53,346 nucleotides of DNA from an uncultured Bacillota bacterium (GCA_937916565.1 CALFSR010000135.1:1-53346), one strand, 5' to 3'; shown: positions 18,926-31,518, numbered from the stretch's first letter. Numbers and translations: made by a program. Notes: generated from the sequence alone by a model not told the origin.

Positions 18926-19616
18926 AAACCTGGTCACCCACTACGGTCCCGTGGAGGCGCTCAAGGGCATTTCACTGCACGTGTCCCGCGGCGAGATCGT
19001 CACCTTAATCGGCGCGAACGGCGCCGGCAAGAGCACGACGCTGCGCACTATCTCCGGCATCGTGCGCCCCACCCGCGGGCGCATCACATACGAAGGGAAA
19101 GACTTGACCACCCTCCCTCCGGAGCGCATCGTGGCGCTGGGCATCGCCCACGTCCCCGAAGGGCGGCGAGTGTTTCCGCAGATGTCCGTCTTGGAAAACC
19201 TTGAGCTTGGCGCCTACACCCGCAGCGACAAGCGGGCCATCCAGGAAGACTTGGAGCGGGTGTTCGCCCTTTTTCCGCGGCTCGCCGAACGCCGCAACCA
19301 GCTCGCAGGCACCATGTCCGGCGGTGAGCAGCAGATGCTGGCCATCGGCCGTGCCCTCATGGCCCGGCCGCGGCTGCTGCTTTTGGACGAACCGTCGATG
19401 GGCCTTGCGCCCATCATCGTCGAGAACATCTTTGCCGTCATCCAAGACATCAACCGGCAGGGCACGACCATTTTGCTGGTCGAGCAAAACGCCAACCTCG
19501 CGCTGTCGGTGGCCCACAAGGGCTACGTGCTGGAAACCGGCCGCATCGCGTTGAGCGACACCGCCGAGCAGCTGCGGGAGAACGAAGCGGTCCGCAGGGC
19601 CTATCTAGGCGCCTGA
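18912..19616 (+). CDS. livF: Branched-chain amino-acid ABC transporter ATP-binding protein LivF
   Basis: GANGAGKST, MSGGEQQMLAIGRAL and LLLLDEPSMGLAP. GTG at 18912 gives the usual short overlap with livG. The ORF track starts at 18873. Confidence 0.92.
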   Translation: MLAVENLVTHYGPVEALKGISLHVSRGEIVTLIGANGAGKSTTLRTISGIVRPTRGRITYEGKDLTTLPPERIVALGIAHVPEGRRVFPQMSVLENLELGAYTRSDKRAIQEDLERVFALFPRLAERRNQLAGTMSGGEQQMLAIGRALMARPRLLLLDEPSMGLAPIIVENIFAVIQDINRQGTTILLVEQNANLALSVAHKGYVLETGRIALSDTAEQLRENEAVRRAYLGA

Positions 19617-19651
19617 GAGCGCGGCCCCCCGCCCGTGGAGTCCGCGCTCTC
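19615..19651 (+). terminator. Possible terminator hairpin after livF
   Basis: 10-bp arms GAGAGCGCGG and CCGCGCTCTC with a 17-nt loop. The hairpin overlaps the stop codon. There is no clear U-tract. Confidence 0.3.
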
Positions 19652-19849
19652 GGGCGCACGCGCGTGGGCCCTTGGTTTGCCGCTCGCGCGTGGCGCTACC
19701 CCTTCGCCGCAGGAGGACTCCGCCCGGCGACAGCGAATCAATTTGGCTTATAGAAACCCATGAGCTTCCTGGGCGGAGACAAGGAGAGCCCGGGCCAACC
19801 AGCGGCGATGTGCCGCGGTTTGGCGCGGGCTTTTTCGCGTTGAGGAGCG

Positions 19850-21547
19850 ATGATCGTGGAACGGCAGACGATGCTGAGGCGGCTGAGCAGCGAAACGTTT
19901 GACTTGGTGGTCATCGGGGGTGGCATCACGGGCACGGGCGTGGCGCGGGAGGCGGCCCGGCGGGGACTTCGGACCGCCCTGGTGGAACAGCGGGATTTCG
20001 CGTGGGGCACGAGCAGCCGCTCCACCAAGCTCATCCACGGCGGCCTGCGGTACTTGCGCAACTACGAGTTTGGCCTGGTGCGGGAGTCGGTGGTCGAACG
20101 CCAGCACCTTTTGCGCATGGCGCCGCACCTCGTCCACCCGCTCCCCTTTGTCCTGCCGGTGTACGCCGGCGACCCAGACCCCTTGTGGATGCTCAAACTC
20201 GGCCTCATGCTGTACGACTGGTTCAGCGGTCCGGGCACCGCCATCCGCCACCGGATCCTGCGCGGGGCGGCCGTCCACCAGTGGGAACCGCTCCTGAGCG
20301 GCGAAGGGCTCGTGGGCGGCGGCGTCTACATGGACTGCACCACCGACGACGCCCGGCTCGTCGTGGAGGTGCTGCAGTCCGCCGTGCAATGGGGGGCCGC
20401 CGCGGCCAATTACCTGGCCGTGACGGCGTTTGTACGCGATGGCCAGGGTCGGCTCGAGGCGGTCGAAGTCCAGGACACCATCAGCGGGGACCGGTTTGCC
20501 GTGCGGGCAAAACGCGTGCTCAGCGCCTGCGGACCTTGGGCCGACGCCGTCCGCCGGATGGACGACCCGCAGGCGCCGCCCCTCTTGCGGCTGACCAAGG
20601 GAGTGCACATCACCGTGGCCCGGGAGCGTCTTCCCCTCCGCGCGGCCGTCACCATGCGCGGGCTCGATGGGCGGATTATGTTCGCCATCCCAAGCGGCGC
20701 CTTTACCTACCTGGGCACCACCGACACCGATTACACGGGCGCCCCGGAGGACGTCGCGGTGGAAGCGAGCGACGTCGACTACATCCTCGCCGCAGCCCGG
20801 CGCAACTTCCCCGGACAGCGGCTCACCCGGGACGATGTGGTCAGCGCGTGGGCGGGGCTGCGCCCGCTGGTGCGCAGCCAGGCGGCCGACCCGTCCGCCG
20901 TGTCCCGGGGTTATGAGCTATTTCCAAGCGCCTCGGGTCTCGTCACCGTCGCCGGGGGCAAGCTGACCGCGTTCCGGGCCATGGCCAGCCACATCGTGGA
21001 TTACATGTTCCCCTCCACCCGGCGCACGCCCGGCGTGGCGCCCAGCGACTCCCCCCTGCCCGGTGCGGCCGGTGTAGCTAACGTGCCTGGAGCCGCCGGC
21101 GAACCTGGTGCGCCCGCTTTAGAGGTGCCCGCCGGCGCCGTCAAGTCGTTGGCCCAGGCCACCGGGGAGCCCCCGGAAGAGATCGAGCGCGTCGTGCAGC
21201 GCTACGGGAGCCGGTTCCCGGGCCTGTGGGAGCGATTTCAGCGCATCCAGGCCGCACAAGGTACGTCCTCCCGGGCCTCGGACACGCTCCTTGCCTGGCG
21301 GGAGCTGCAGCTTGTGCAGGCCGTGGAACACGAGATGGCGGTGCGGCTTGAAGACGTGCTCGCGCGCCGCACCAGCCTCCTCCTTTTCAGCCCGGACAAC
21401 GGCCGGCGGCACCTGGAAGCTTTGGGCCGGCGCATGGGCGAACTGCTCGGCTGGCCTGCGTCCCGGGTTTCCGCTGAGATCGACGGGTGCCGCCGGCTCC
21501 AAGCGGCCATGTTTGCCTGGCGGGACGCGGCGCCAAGCTCCCCTTAG
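19850..21547 (+). CDS. glpD: FAD-dependent glycerol-3-phosphate dehydrogenase/oxidase (GlpD/GlpO family)
   Basis: FDLVVIGGGITGTGVAREAARRG, WGTSSRSTKLIHGGLRYL and GGKLTAFRAMA. GTG at 19856 has better spacing from GAGGAG than ATG at 19850. Confidence 0.88.
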   Translation: MIVERQTMLRRLSSETFDLVVIGGGITGTGVAREAARRGLRTALVEQRDFAWGTSSRSTKLIHGGLRYLRNYEFGLVRESVVERQHLLRMAPHLVHPLPFVLPVYAGDPDPLWMLKLGLMLYDWFSGPGTAIRHRILRGAAVHQWEPLLSGEGLVGGGVYMDCTTDDARLVVEVLQSAVQWGAAAANYLAVTAFVRDGQGRLEAVEVQDTISGDRFAVRAKRVLSACGPWADAVRRMDDPQAPPLLRLTKGVHITVARERLPLRAAVTMRGLDGRIMFAIPSGAFTYLGTTDTDYTGAPEDVAVEASDVDYILAAARRNFPGQRLTRDDVVSAWAGLRPLVRSQAADPSAVSRGYELFPSASGLVTVAGGKLTAFRAMASHIVDYMFPSTRRTPGVAPSDSPLPGAAGVANVPGAAGEPGAPALEVPAGAVKSLAQATGEPPEEIERVVQRYGSRFPGLWERFQRIQAAQGTSSRASDTLLAWRELQLVQAVEHEMAVRLEDVLARRTSLLLFSPDNGRRHLEALGRRMGELLGWPASRVSAEIDGCRRLQAAMFAWRDAAPSSP

Positions 21548-21562
21548 GTAAGGAGCGTGGGT

Positions 21563-23218
21563 CTATGCACGGCCCGCCATGGGCGGCAGCCCCGCCCATG
21601 CCGCGTCGAAACCGGCAAAGGGGGAACGATCCAGCTCGCCGCGGCGCACGGCTTCCAAGACGTCCGGCTCGATGCTTAGAAAGGCGTCCACTGCGTAAGG
21701 GCAAAACTGCTTCCCGCTGCAACGGGCCACCTCCTGCCGGCCGCTTTCGATGGAGCGGGCGGCGCTGTAGGGCCGGTCCGTCGTCATGACGTCAAAGGCG
21801 TCGGCTACCGAGAGCAGGCGCGCCTCCAGCGGGATGTCGCCGTTGGCGAGCCCGTCAGGATAGCCCTTGCCGTCATAGCGCTCGTGGTGGTGCCGCACCA
21901 TGTCCAAAGCCACGGGAAACTGCGCCAGGGGCGCCTGGAGCATGCGGTAGCCGATGACGGGATGCGCCTTCACCATCTCGTACTCATCGGGGGTCAGACG
22001 GCCGGGTTTCAGAAGAATGCTGTCTGAAATGCCGATCTTGCCCACGTCATGGAGCGCCGCGCCCAGCATCGCCTCTTCGAACCTGGCCGGGTCGTGGCCG
22101 ATGCGCTCAAGGAGAAGCATGGTATACGTCATGACCCGGCGGGAGTGGGCCACGGTCTCGTAATCCCGCACCTCAAGCGCCGTGAGCAGGCCCCGCACCA
22201 TGCCGAAGTAGGAAGAGCGGAGAAGGTCCAGGCGGGTCGCGTTCTGAAGCGCGATGGCGCCGAACTTTGTGAAAAGGTCCAGGATGTGCCCGTCTTCTTC
22301 GGTGAACCGGTGGCGGTGGTACCACCCGGCGCTGGTCAGCACGTAGCCGCTCTCCAGCTCCTGTGGGTGACAGACGAGAGTCCCAAGCCGCAGCGGCCGC
22401 ACCAGGGGAGCCGCCGCCGGGAACTCAAAGTCCATGTGCACCGCGGTCCGCTTCGTTTCCAGCGCCTGACGGCACGGCGAACCGGCCACCTGCGGGGGCG
22501 GCGCCACGAACAAGTCGTCACTCTGAAAAAACTGCACGGTACCGTCCTTGGCCACCTGCGAGAGCCAGACGAGGTCTACCCGCAAGAGCTGCTTCAAGCC
22601 GTCGGCGATCGCGGCAAACACCTGCTGGGGGTCGGTGCGGCCGACCAGCTGCTGCGCGAGCAGCTGCGCTCGCCGGTGAAGTTCCCATGCCGACTCCCGG
22701 GCATGGTACAGGCGCGCGGTTTCCAGGATGAACGCCGCCTGCCGGGCCACCTCCTGCACCAGGCGGATTTCGCCCACCGCCGGTGCTTTGGGGGTCGTAT
22801 GGTACGTAGCGAACGTGCCGATGACGTGGCCGTCGCTGTCGACGAGCGGCACCGACCAGAGCGACCGGACGCCCGCCGCCCGGGCTTCGTCCCGGAACAC
22901 GGCCGTGGCCGGGTCGTCCAGCGTTTCCGCGACCACCACCTGTCCCAGGGCCGCCGCCCGGCCGCATACACCGGAGGCCGCGGTGAGCCCGATGGGGATC
23001 TCCCGGGCCGACTCAAGCCACGTGGGCGGCAAGCCGATGGCGGCCTTAAGGAGCAGCCGCTCTCCGCTCGGGTCCGTCAGGTAGAGCGAATTCATGTGGG
23101 TCCCGCATAGGCCGGCCACCAGCGTCAAGAGTTCGTGGAAAAACCGGTCCGTGCCCACCTGAAACAGCTCCTTGGGCCGGTAGGAGCGCAGCCGCTCCAT
23201 CACTTCGCCGATGTCCAA
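21563..23218 (-). CDS. GAF-domain HD-GYP phosphodiesterase (two GAF-like regions plus an intact HD-GYP domain)
   Basis: HD-GYP motifs VAHSRRV, GAALHDVGKIGIS and HHHERYDGKGYPDGL. The N-terminal 350 aa look GAF-like. TTG start at 23218 sits 8 nt after AAGGAGG. Confidence 0.85.
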   Translation of the reverse strand: MDIGEVMERLRSYRPKELFQVGTDRFFHELLTLVAGLCGTHMNSLYLTDPSGERLLLKAAIGLPPTWLESAREIPIGLTAASGVCGRAAALGQVVVAETLDDPATAVFRDEARAAGVRSLWSVPLVDSDGHVIGTFATYHTTPKAPAVGEIRLVQEVARQAAFILETARLYHARESAWELHRRAQLLAQQLVGRTDPQQVFAAIADGLKQLLRVDLVWLSQVAKDGTVQFFQSDDLFVAPPPQVAGSPCRQALETKRTAVHMDFEFPAAAPLVRPLRLGTLVCHPQELESGYVLTSAGWYHRHRFTEEDGHILDLFTKFGAIALQNATRLDLLRSSYFGMVRGLLTALEVRDYETVAHSRRVMTYTMLLLERIGHDPARFEEAMLGAALHDVGKIGISDSILLKPGRLTPDEYEMVKAHPVIGYRMLQAPLAQFPVALDMVRHHHERYDGKGYPDGLANGDIPLEARLLSVADAFDVMTTDRPYSAARSIESGRQEVARCSGKQFCPYAVDAFLSIEPDVLEAVRRGELDRSPFAGFDAAWAGLPPMAGRA

Positions 23219-23251
23219 AATGACGACCTCCTTGTCGTCCCGCCGAAGCGG

Positions 23252-25327
<2,076 letters not shown>

Positions 25328-25533
25328 GTTGCAACCCCCTACCCCCATGTTCGGCCGTGACCCACGGGAAGTGTGCCTTGAATGCATGCCCTGCCAAGTG
25401 TCTTGATCAATCCTACGTACTCACACCATTTCTCAAACAATTTCGCCAGGATTGCTCCCGGCACCGGAGCTAGAGAACAAATCATGCCTGCCCCGGAGGC
25501 ACGCCCGTTTACCCCTGCACCGGCCACCCACAC

Positions 25534-27831
25534 CTATACCTTAAACCGTGCCGCCTGCTCCTGCAGGCCCCGGGCGATACGAGCCAGGCTTTCGGCCGCG
25601 GCTCCGATCTCCCGGGCGTGGGCGTTCATCTCCTTCATCAAACCGGAGACGTCACCGGCGGCCGCGGCGTTGGCCTCGGAAACGGTGGCGATCCTTTCCA
25701 TGGCGTCCGACATGCGTTCGCTGGACGCGGCCATCTCCGTCGTGGCCGCCGTGTTGCTCTCGGTTACCTCGGCGACCTTGTTCATCGCTTCGGAGACTTC
25801 GGCGGCGCTCGCCGCCACCTCCTGCGCGGCCGCGGCGATGTCCTCCGCCTTTTCGCTTGTCCGCCGCATGGCGGCCAAAATCTCGTCCAACGCCGCCCGG
25901 GCCTCGGCGCCCAGCGCCGCGCTCGTCTCCACATCCTTAAGGCCGGCTTCCATGGCTTGCACCGAACGCTCGACGCCGCTTTGGATGCTGGTGATCAGCG
26001 CCGCGATCTCCTGGGTTGCCTTGCTGGACCGCTCCGCGAGCCTGCGCACCTCGTCGGCCACGACGGCGAAGCCCTTTCCGTGCTCACCGGCCCGGGCCGC
26101 CTCGATGGCCGCGTTGAGAGCCAGCAGGTTGGTCTGGTCGGCGATCTCCTGGATCAGCTGCACGATCTCGCCGATTTGGGCCGAATACTGCCCGAGCTCC
26201 CGGATGCTCTCGGCCACATGACCGGTGGAGCCGCTGATCCGGCCCATGGAGTCCAGCGTCTTTTGCACCGCTTCGCCGCCGGACACCGCCGCCTGTAGGG
26301 ATTGGGCAGCGGCCGCGCTCACGTCCTGGGCCCCTTGGGCGACTTGCTCAATGGCCTTGGCCGCTTCGGCAAAGGTGTACGTGGTCGCCTGCACGCTCGC
26401 CGACTGCTGCGTGGCCCCTTGCGCGATGCGTTCGATGGCCTCGCGCACTTGAGCGATGATGCGGGTCGTGTCGGCGACGAAGCGGCTCTGCTCTACGGCC
26501 CCGTCGGCCACCCGCGCGATGGAAGCCGACACCTGCTGCGCACTGTCGCCGAGCTTATCAGAAACACCGCCCAGCTGCGCCACGGCGGACAGAAGTTCAT
26601 CGACGGCCTGCAACAGGCTGCGCAGCACACCCCGCATGCTGCGGGCCATGACGCCGAAGGCCCGCGCCAGATCGCCGAGCTCGTCGTTGGATTTCACGTC
26701 CACCTCATCAACGGTCAAATCGCCTTGGGCAATGCGCTCCGCGGCGTTCATGAGCTCCCGGAACGCCCGGCTGAGGGGGCGTCCTGCCACCACCGACAAG
26801 ACGACGATGCCGAGGCCCCCCAGGACGACGACCGGGATCAAGGTACCGAGGAACTGGTTGCGCAAGGCAAAGAAGTTGGCTTCGGGTATGCCGACGTAAG
26901 CACCGCCGATGACGCGGCCCACATGGTCGTGGATCGGCACGTAGACCGTCTTTTGCCACTCGCCGACGACCTCCGCCCGCCCGTGGTACGCCTCCCCGCT
27001 CCAGAGGCTCTGCATGACCGTGGACGAGAACGTCGTGCCCAGGGCGCGGGTTTCCGTAGCGCGGCCATGCGCGTCCTTAAGGCGCACGTTGGTCGTCACC
27101 CGCACGCCGTCCAAGGCGATGGTGGCCGACACAAGCCCCCCGGTGCGCCGCTGCACCTCATCCACGATGGTGAAGTTGCGGTTTAAGATCTCGGCGGCCA
27201 CCACCGCGCCCAGGACGCGATCGTCCCCGGAACGGATCGGCGCGACGCCGACGAGGGCCAGGGCGTCCGTGAGCACGTCCCCTACTTGCCACTGGGACCC
27301 TTCCGTAGGCAAAACGTCGATGGTCACCATCCGGCGGATGACGCTGCCCTCCGGCCCCCACTCGGATTCCGGTATGCTCTCCGGCGCTGCCACTACGCCG
27401 CCCGCGAGCGCCTGGGCCACGAGCCCGTTGACCCGCAGGTCCTGGCCCGTGGCGGTGCTGTTGGCTCGCGCGACAACTTTAAAGGAAGGATCGACGACCG
27501 TCAGGATGTGGGTGCCGGGCATGACCTGCTGCGCCCGCCGCAGCGTCTGGGCGGCAGCGGCGAACCTTCCTTGCTCCAAGTCCTCAATGAGGGTCTGATC
27601 CTGGGCCACCGTCGCGGCGTAGCCTTTGACCCGCTCGAGGTACTGGTCGATCAAGGCCAACTCGAGGTTGATGGCAAGGTCCAGCTGCGTCCGGGCGTTT
27701 TCGTCAATGTCACGCTCGATGTAGGACAGCGTCGTCCAGCCGAGTACACCGCTGACCACCAGGACACAGGCGATGGCGAACCCGAAGATCTTGACGACGA
27801 AGCCAACGCGCAGCCGCGGGCCGCGGGCCAT
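25534..27831 (-). CDS. Methyl-accepting chemotaxis protein with a large (about 330 aa) double-Cache-like extracytoplasmic sensor and a HAMP domain
   Basis: Signalling tip [40 protein letters not shown]. The sensor between the two TM segments contains [25 protein letters not shown], which is dCache-like. ATG at 27831 follows GAGGGA. The ORF-track extension to 28029 is unlikely. Confidence 0.9.
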   Translation of the reverse strand: MARGPRLRVGFVVKIFGFAIACVLVVSGVLGWTTLSYIERDIDENARTQLDLAINLELALIDQYLERVKGYAATVAQDQTLIEDLEQGRFAAAAQTLRRAQQVMPGTHILTVVDPSFKVVARANSTATGQDLRVNGLVAQALAGGVVAAPESIPESEWGPEGSVIRRMVTIDVLPTEGSQWQVGDVLTDALALVGVAPIRSGDDRVLGAVVAAEILNRNFTIVDEVQRRTGGLVSATIALDGVRVTTNVRLKDAHGRATETRALGTTFSSTVMQSLWSGEAYHGRAEVVGEWQKTVYVPIHDHVGRVIGGAYVGIPEANFFALRNQFLGTLIPVVVLGGLGIVVLSVVAGRPLSRAFRELMNAAERIAQGDLTVDEVDVKSNDELGDLARAFGVMARSMRGVLRSLLQAVDELLSAVAQLGGVSDKLGDSAQQVSASIARVADGAVEQSRFVADTTRIIAQVREAIERIAQGATQQSASVQATTYTFAEAAKAIEQVAQGAQDVSAAAAQSLQAAVSGGEAVQKTLDSMGRISGSTGHVAESIRELGQYSAQIGEIVQLIQEIADQTNLLALNAAIEAARAGEHGKGFAVVADEVRRLAERSSKATQEIAALITSIQSGVERSVQAMEAGLKDVETSAALGAEARAALDEILAAMRRTSEKAEDIAAAAQEVAASAAEVSEAMNKVAEVTESNTAATTEMAASSERMSDAMERIATVSEANAAAAGDVSGLMKEMNAHAREIGAAAESLARIARGLQEQAARFKV

Positions 27832-28072
27832 GAGATCACATCCCTCGGTTGACGTGGAGGGTCCTCCCCCTCCAATATCTGCTTCTCTGTCCCCTGAGGA
27901 CAAGGGACGTTTGTAACTTAACATTTTTAATACTTGCCGATCGCATTTCAGACGGCCGGGCCAATCCCCTGCTACCAGGAGGGAAGCCGCCCGCCGGATA
28001 AGCCATCTACCATGCGCGGGCGCACCCACGGTCGCGTAAGGTCATCCGACGGTACCGCGAGGAGGAACGGAG

Positions 28073-28825
28073 ATGGGACCGTCACAGGACACCGCAAGCC
28101 GCCTGATGGAAGAGTTGGCGCAGGCGGAGCGCCTTGTGGCGCTCACCGGCGCCGGGATGAGCACCGAATCGGGACTGCCCGACTTCCGCTCCCAGCAGGG
28201 GTTGTGGCGACAGTACAGGCCGGAGGAGCTGGCCAGCGTGGACGCCCTCACCGCCCGGCCGCTCCTCTTCTATGAGTTTTACCGGAAACGCCTGGAGATG
28301 TTAGACAGCGTCTCCCCCAATCCAGGCCACGAGGCACTGGCGGAGCTCGAGCGGCAAGGACGCCTTCGGCTCATCGTCACCCAAAACGTAGATGGCCTGC
28401 ACATCGCCGCCGGCAGCCGCAACGTGGCGGAGATTCACGGCTCGCTGCGGCGCGCCCGCTGCCACCGGTGCGGCAGGGCGCATGCGCCGGAGGTTTTGCG
28501 TCAGCCCGTTCCAGATTTCGACAGCCTGCCCCGCTGCGCCTGCGGAGGCCTCATTCGTCCGGATGTCGTCCTCTTTGGAGAGATGTTGCCTCAACGGGCC
28601 TTTGCCCGGGCGGTCGAGGCGGTCGAAACGTGCAACGCCCTGCTCGTTGTCGGCTCGTCGCTGCAGGTGTACCCTGCGGCATCGCTGCCACGGATCGCCC
28701 TTGAGCGGGGCGCGCGGCTCTGGATCATCAACCTCGAGCCGACGCCCTACGACGATGACGCCGACATCGTCGTGCGCGGCAAAGCCGCCGAGGTGCTCCG
28801 GCTGCTCGTGCCGGGACAGGACTAA
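28073..28825 (+). CDS. cobB: NAD-dependent protein deacylase, Sir2 family
   Basis: [26 protein letters not shown] and zinc cysteines CHRCG...CACGG. The gene is preceded by GGAGGA. Confidence 0.9.
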   Translation: MGPSQDTASRLMEELAQAERLVALTGAGMSTESGLPDFRSQQGLWRQYRPEELASVDALTARPLLFYEFYRKRLEMLDSVSPNPGHEALAELERQGRLRLIVTQNVDGLHIAAGSRNVAEIHGSLRRARCHRCGRAHAPEVLRQPVPDFDSLPRCACGGLIRPDVVLFGEMLPQRAFARAVEAVETCNALLVVGSSLQVYPAASLPRIALERGARLWIINLEPTPYDDDADIVVRGKAAEVLRLLVPGQD

Positions 28826-28924
28826 GCGTTGAATGCTGGTCGGGCGGCTAGAGCAAGCGGCGATCAAAGCAAGGCGCCGCCGCAGCCCGAGGGCAAAGGG
28901 GCGCGACGGCGCCGGCAGAGCCCG

Positions 28925-29344
28925 CTACGAGGCGTCCAGGAGCTTCACCAAGGCCCGGAACACGTCCGACTCGGTGATAATGCCGACGACTTCGCCGTTG
29001 TCGATGACCGGCATGCCGCCGATCTTTCGCTCGGCCAGCTGGGCGGCCACGGTGCGCAAGTCGGCGTCGGGCGTCGTCGTAATGACGTCCCGGGTCATGA
29101 TCTCACGAACCTTGACTTTGTCCAACAGGTAGTTGAGCTCCCAGATGGACAGGCTGGTCGCGGGCGATGGCGCCGCCTTGAGCAGGTCGGACAGCGTCAC
29201 GATGCCGACCAGCTGCCCCTTGTCGACCACGGGCAGGCGACGAATCTTCTTTTCCTCCATGATCTTTCGCGCCTGGGGTGCCGAAACGTCCGGGTCGACG
29301 ACGACGGCGGGACGGGTGCAAACGTCGGCGACTTTCATTTGCAT
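28925..29344 (-). CDS. CBS-domain pair protein
   Basis: Two CBS repeats are recognisable: KIRRLPVVDKGQLVGIVTLSDLL and KIGGMPVIDNGEVVGIITESDVF. Confidence 0.85.
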   Translation of the reverse strand: MQMKVADVCTRPAVVVDPDVSAPQARKIMEEKKIRRLPVVDKGQLVGIVTLSDLLKAAPSPATSLSIWELNYLLDKVKVREIMTRDVITTTPDADLRTVAAQLAERKIGGMPVIDNGEVVGIITESDVFRALVKLLDAS

Positions 29345-29422
29345 GGCGATGCCTCCTCCCTGATCACCTCATTACAAAGCCCGCGCGCCATTTCCTGCCA
29401 CAACTGCCGCACTCGTCGCACA

Positions 29423-30067
29423 TTATCGGTCCGCCGCCACTTCCCGCAAGTACGGCACCAGGGCGTGGGCGCTCGGGTCGTCTTGGCCCGCCAGGCCCGC
29501 CAGCATCCCTTGCCGGTCGGCCAGCGATCGGTTTTGGCCAAGCTTCCACTTGCCGACGACCTTGGAGATGGGGATCTGCACGCCGACGATGGCTTTGAGC
29601 ATGTTTTCCAAATACTCCGCAGGTGCGTCGGTCACCCGCCACGGGTGCGGACGCCCTCGCTCCTGCTGGTCGGTGAGCTCCTCCACATGCCGCCGGAGCC
29701 AACCGGGATCCTGAATCACCCGGAGAGGCCCGTAGGCATGTACCACCACGTAGTTCCACGTCGGTACGGCGCGGCCCGTCTCCCGCTTGGACGCGTACCA
29801 GGATGGGGTTATATAAGCGTCCGGACCTTGGAAGATGACCAGCGCCTCCACGCTGGCGTCCAACGTCTCCCACTGGGTGTTGTTGCGGGCCAGGTGGGCC
29901 TCGATGGTGCCCCAGGGCGCCGGGTCAGGCTTGTGCACAAACGGAACGTGGCTTGCTTCAATGCCTTCCGCCGTCACCGTGACGAGTGTGCCAAAGGGCG
30001 CCGACCGGATGAGCGCCACGAGCCGCTCCGGGCGGGTTTCGCTGAAATGCTTCGGGACGTACATCAC
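29423..30067 (-). CDS. paiB: FMN-binding PaiB-family protein (putative transcriptional regulator)
   Basis: N-terminus MYVPKHFSETRPERLVALIRSAPFGTLVT and WNYVVVHAYG, typical of the PaiB family. Confidence 0.75.
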   Translation of the reverse strand: MMYVPKHFSETRPERLVALIRSAPFGTLVTVTAEGIEASHVPFVHKPDPAPWGTIEAHLARNNTQWETLDASVEALVIFQGPDAYITPSWYASKRETGRAVPTWNYVVVHAYGPLRVIQDPGWLRRHVEELTDQQERGRPHPWRVTDAPAEYLENMLKAIVGVQIPISKVVGKWKLGQNRSLADRQGMLAGLAGQDDPSAHALVPYLREVAADR

Positions 30068-30966
30068 ATCATCTGCTCCAGCCGCCGGATGCGTTCTTCC
30101 GTCGGCGGATGAGTGGAAAACCAGCTAAAGGCGCGCTTCTTGAAGGGATCGGAGATGTACAACGCCGCGCACGTGCGGGAGGCCGCCTCCACCGGCTCGG
30201 ACACGGACGCGATCTTGCGCAGGGCTGAGGCCAGCGCCCCGGGATTGCGGCACAGCTCCGCCCCGCTGGCGTCGGCCAAGTACTCGCGGTTTCTGGAGAT
30301 CGCGAGCTGGATCAAGACCGCTGCCAGGGGTGCGAGCAGCAAGAGGAGCAGGGCGATGAGTTGAATGACGGCCTCCCCTTGGTTGTCCTTGCCGCTGCTG
30401 CGGCGCCGGCGGCTGCCCCCGCTCCACCACATCCACCGGTAGCCGATGTCGCTCAACAGGCCGATGACCGCCACCAGAGCCACCGCCGTCGTCGCCAGGC
30501 GCACGTCGTAGTTTTGCACGTGAGCCATCTCATGGGCGAGGACGCCTTCGATCTCCTGGCGGTTAAGGCGCTCCAAGAGCCCCGTCGTCACCGCGACCGC
30601 GGCGTTTTCGGGCGTCATGCCCGCGGCGAACGCGTTTGGGCTTGGGTCGTCGATGATGTACACCTTGGGCATGGGCACGCGGGCGGCGATGGCCAGCGCC
30701 TCGACGGTGTTCCAAAGGAACGGGTTTTCGTCTTCGGACGTGATCTCGCGCGCCCGGTTCATCGCCATGACCACCTGCGTCCCGGCTCTGGTCATGAGCA
30801 GGATGTAAACCACGCCGATGACCCCGGCGATGATAATGCCCATGGTGGGGCTGTCCGACGTGACGACGCCAAAGGCGGCGCCGACGGCGATGAACAAAAG
30901 CAGGAACACGCCCACCAGGAGCACGGTCTTGCGCTTGTTGGACTCGATCTGGGCGTGCAGCAGCAT
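30064..30966 (-). CDS. htpX: HtpX-like M48 zinc metalloprotease (membrane)
   Basis: HEMAHV zinc motif, multiple TM segments, and C-terminal STHPPTEERI. Confidence 0.88.
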   Translation of the reverse strand: MLLHAQIESNKRKTVLLVGVFLLLFIAVGAAFGVVTSDSPTMGIIIAGVIGVVYILLMTRAGTQVVMAMNRAREITSEDENPFLWNTVEALAIAARVPMPKVYIIDDPSPNAFAAGMTPENAAVAVTTGLLERLNRQEIEGVLAHEMAHVQNYDVRLATTAVALVAVIGLLSDIGYRWMWWSGGSRRRRSSGKDNQGEAVIQLIALLLLLLAPLAAVLIQLAISRNREYLADASGAELCRNPGALASALRKIASVSEPVEAASRTCAALYISDPFKKRAFSWFSTHPPTEERIRRLEQMM

Positions 30967-30969
30967 CGG

Positions 30970-31518
30970 CTAAAACTCCACGCGCACGGCCTTCCGCTCT
31001 TCGGCCGCGGCCTCCAGCATCTCCGACCGCTTGAACCCGTGCACATTGGCCACGATGTTGCTCGGGAACGATTCCAGCTTGGTGTTGTACTGCATGACGG
31101 TGCGGTTGTACAGCTGCCGGGCGGCGGCGATCTTGTTTTCCGTTCCCTCAAGCTGCTCCTGAAGCTTCTTGAAACCTTCCTGCGCCTTGAGGTCAGGATA
31201 CGCCTCGCCCAGGGCAAACAGGCTCCGGAGCGCGCCGCTCAACTGGTCGTTGGCCGCCATCTGCTCCGCCCGGCCCCCGCCGCTCACAAGCCGGTTGCGG
31301 GCTTCGATGACTTTCTGCAGCGTCTCCTGCTCGTGCTTGGCGTAGCCCTTCACGGTTTCCACGAGGTTCGGGATGAGATCATACCGCCGCTTCAGCTGCA
31401 CATCGATCTGCGCCCATGCTTCCTCGATCCAGTTGCGCAGCCGCACCAGGGCGTTATACTGGCTGACCCAATACAGGCCAAAGACGACGACGATCCCCAG
31501 GATGATCCAGATGGCCAT
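30970..31518 (-). CDS. lemA: LemA family membrane protein
   Basis: YNALVRLRNWIEEAWAQIDVQLKRRYDLIPNLVETVKGYAKHE is the LemA signature. An N-terminal TM segment is present. Confidence 0.88.
   Translation of the reverse strand: MAIWIILGIVVVFGLYWVSQYNALVRLRNWIEEAWAQIDVQLKRRYDLIPNLVETVKGYAKHEQETLQKVIEARNRLVSGGGRAEQMAANDQLSGALRSLFALGEAYPDLKAQEGFKKLQEQLEGTENKIAAARQLYNRTVMQYNTKLESFPSNIVANVHGFKRSEMLEAAAEERKAVRVEF

Noticed and set aside
27914-27943. A sigmaD-type promoter on the plus strand, because of GCCGATCG at 27936-27943
   Set aside because: The only TAAN words upstream are 13 or 18 nt away rather than 14-16 nt. The downstream gene is a sirtuin, not a motility gene.
27832-28029. An upstream extension of the dCache MCP ORF (the 831-aa version). 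Similar extensions affect the arginase-fold gene (32494-32826), GH38 (38977-39039), the hypothetical gene (50649-50825), paralog 2 (48542-48850) and flaG (14053-14295).
   Set aside because: The extensions cross terminator hairpins, promoters or neighbouring genes and lack ribosome-binding sites. Internal starts with good SD spacing match the expected N-termini.
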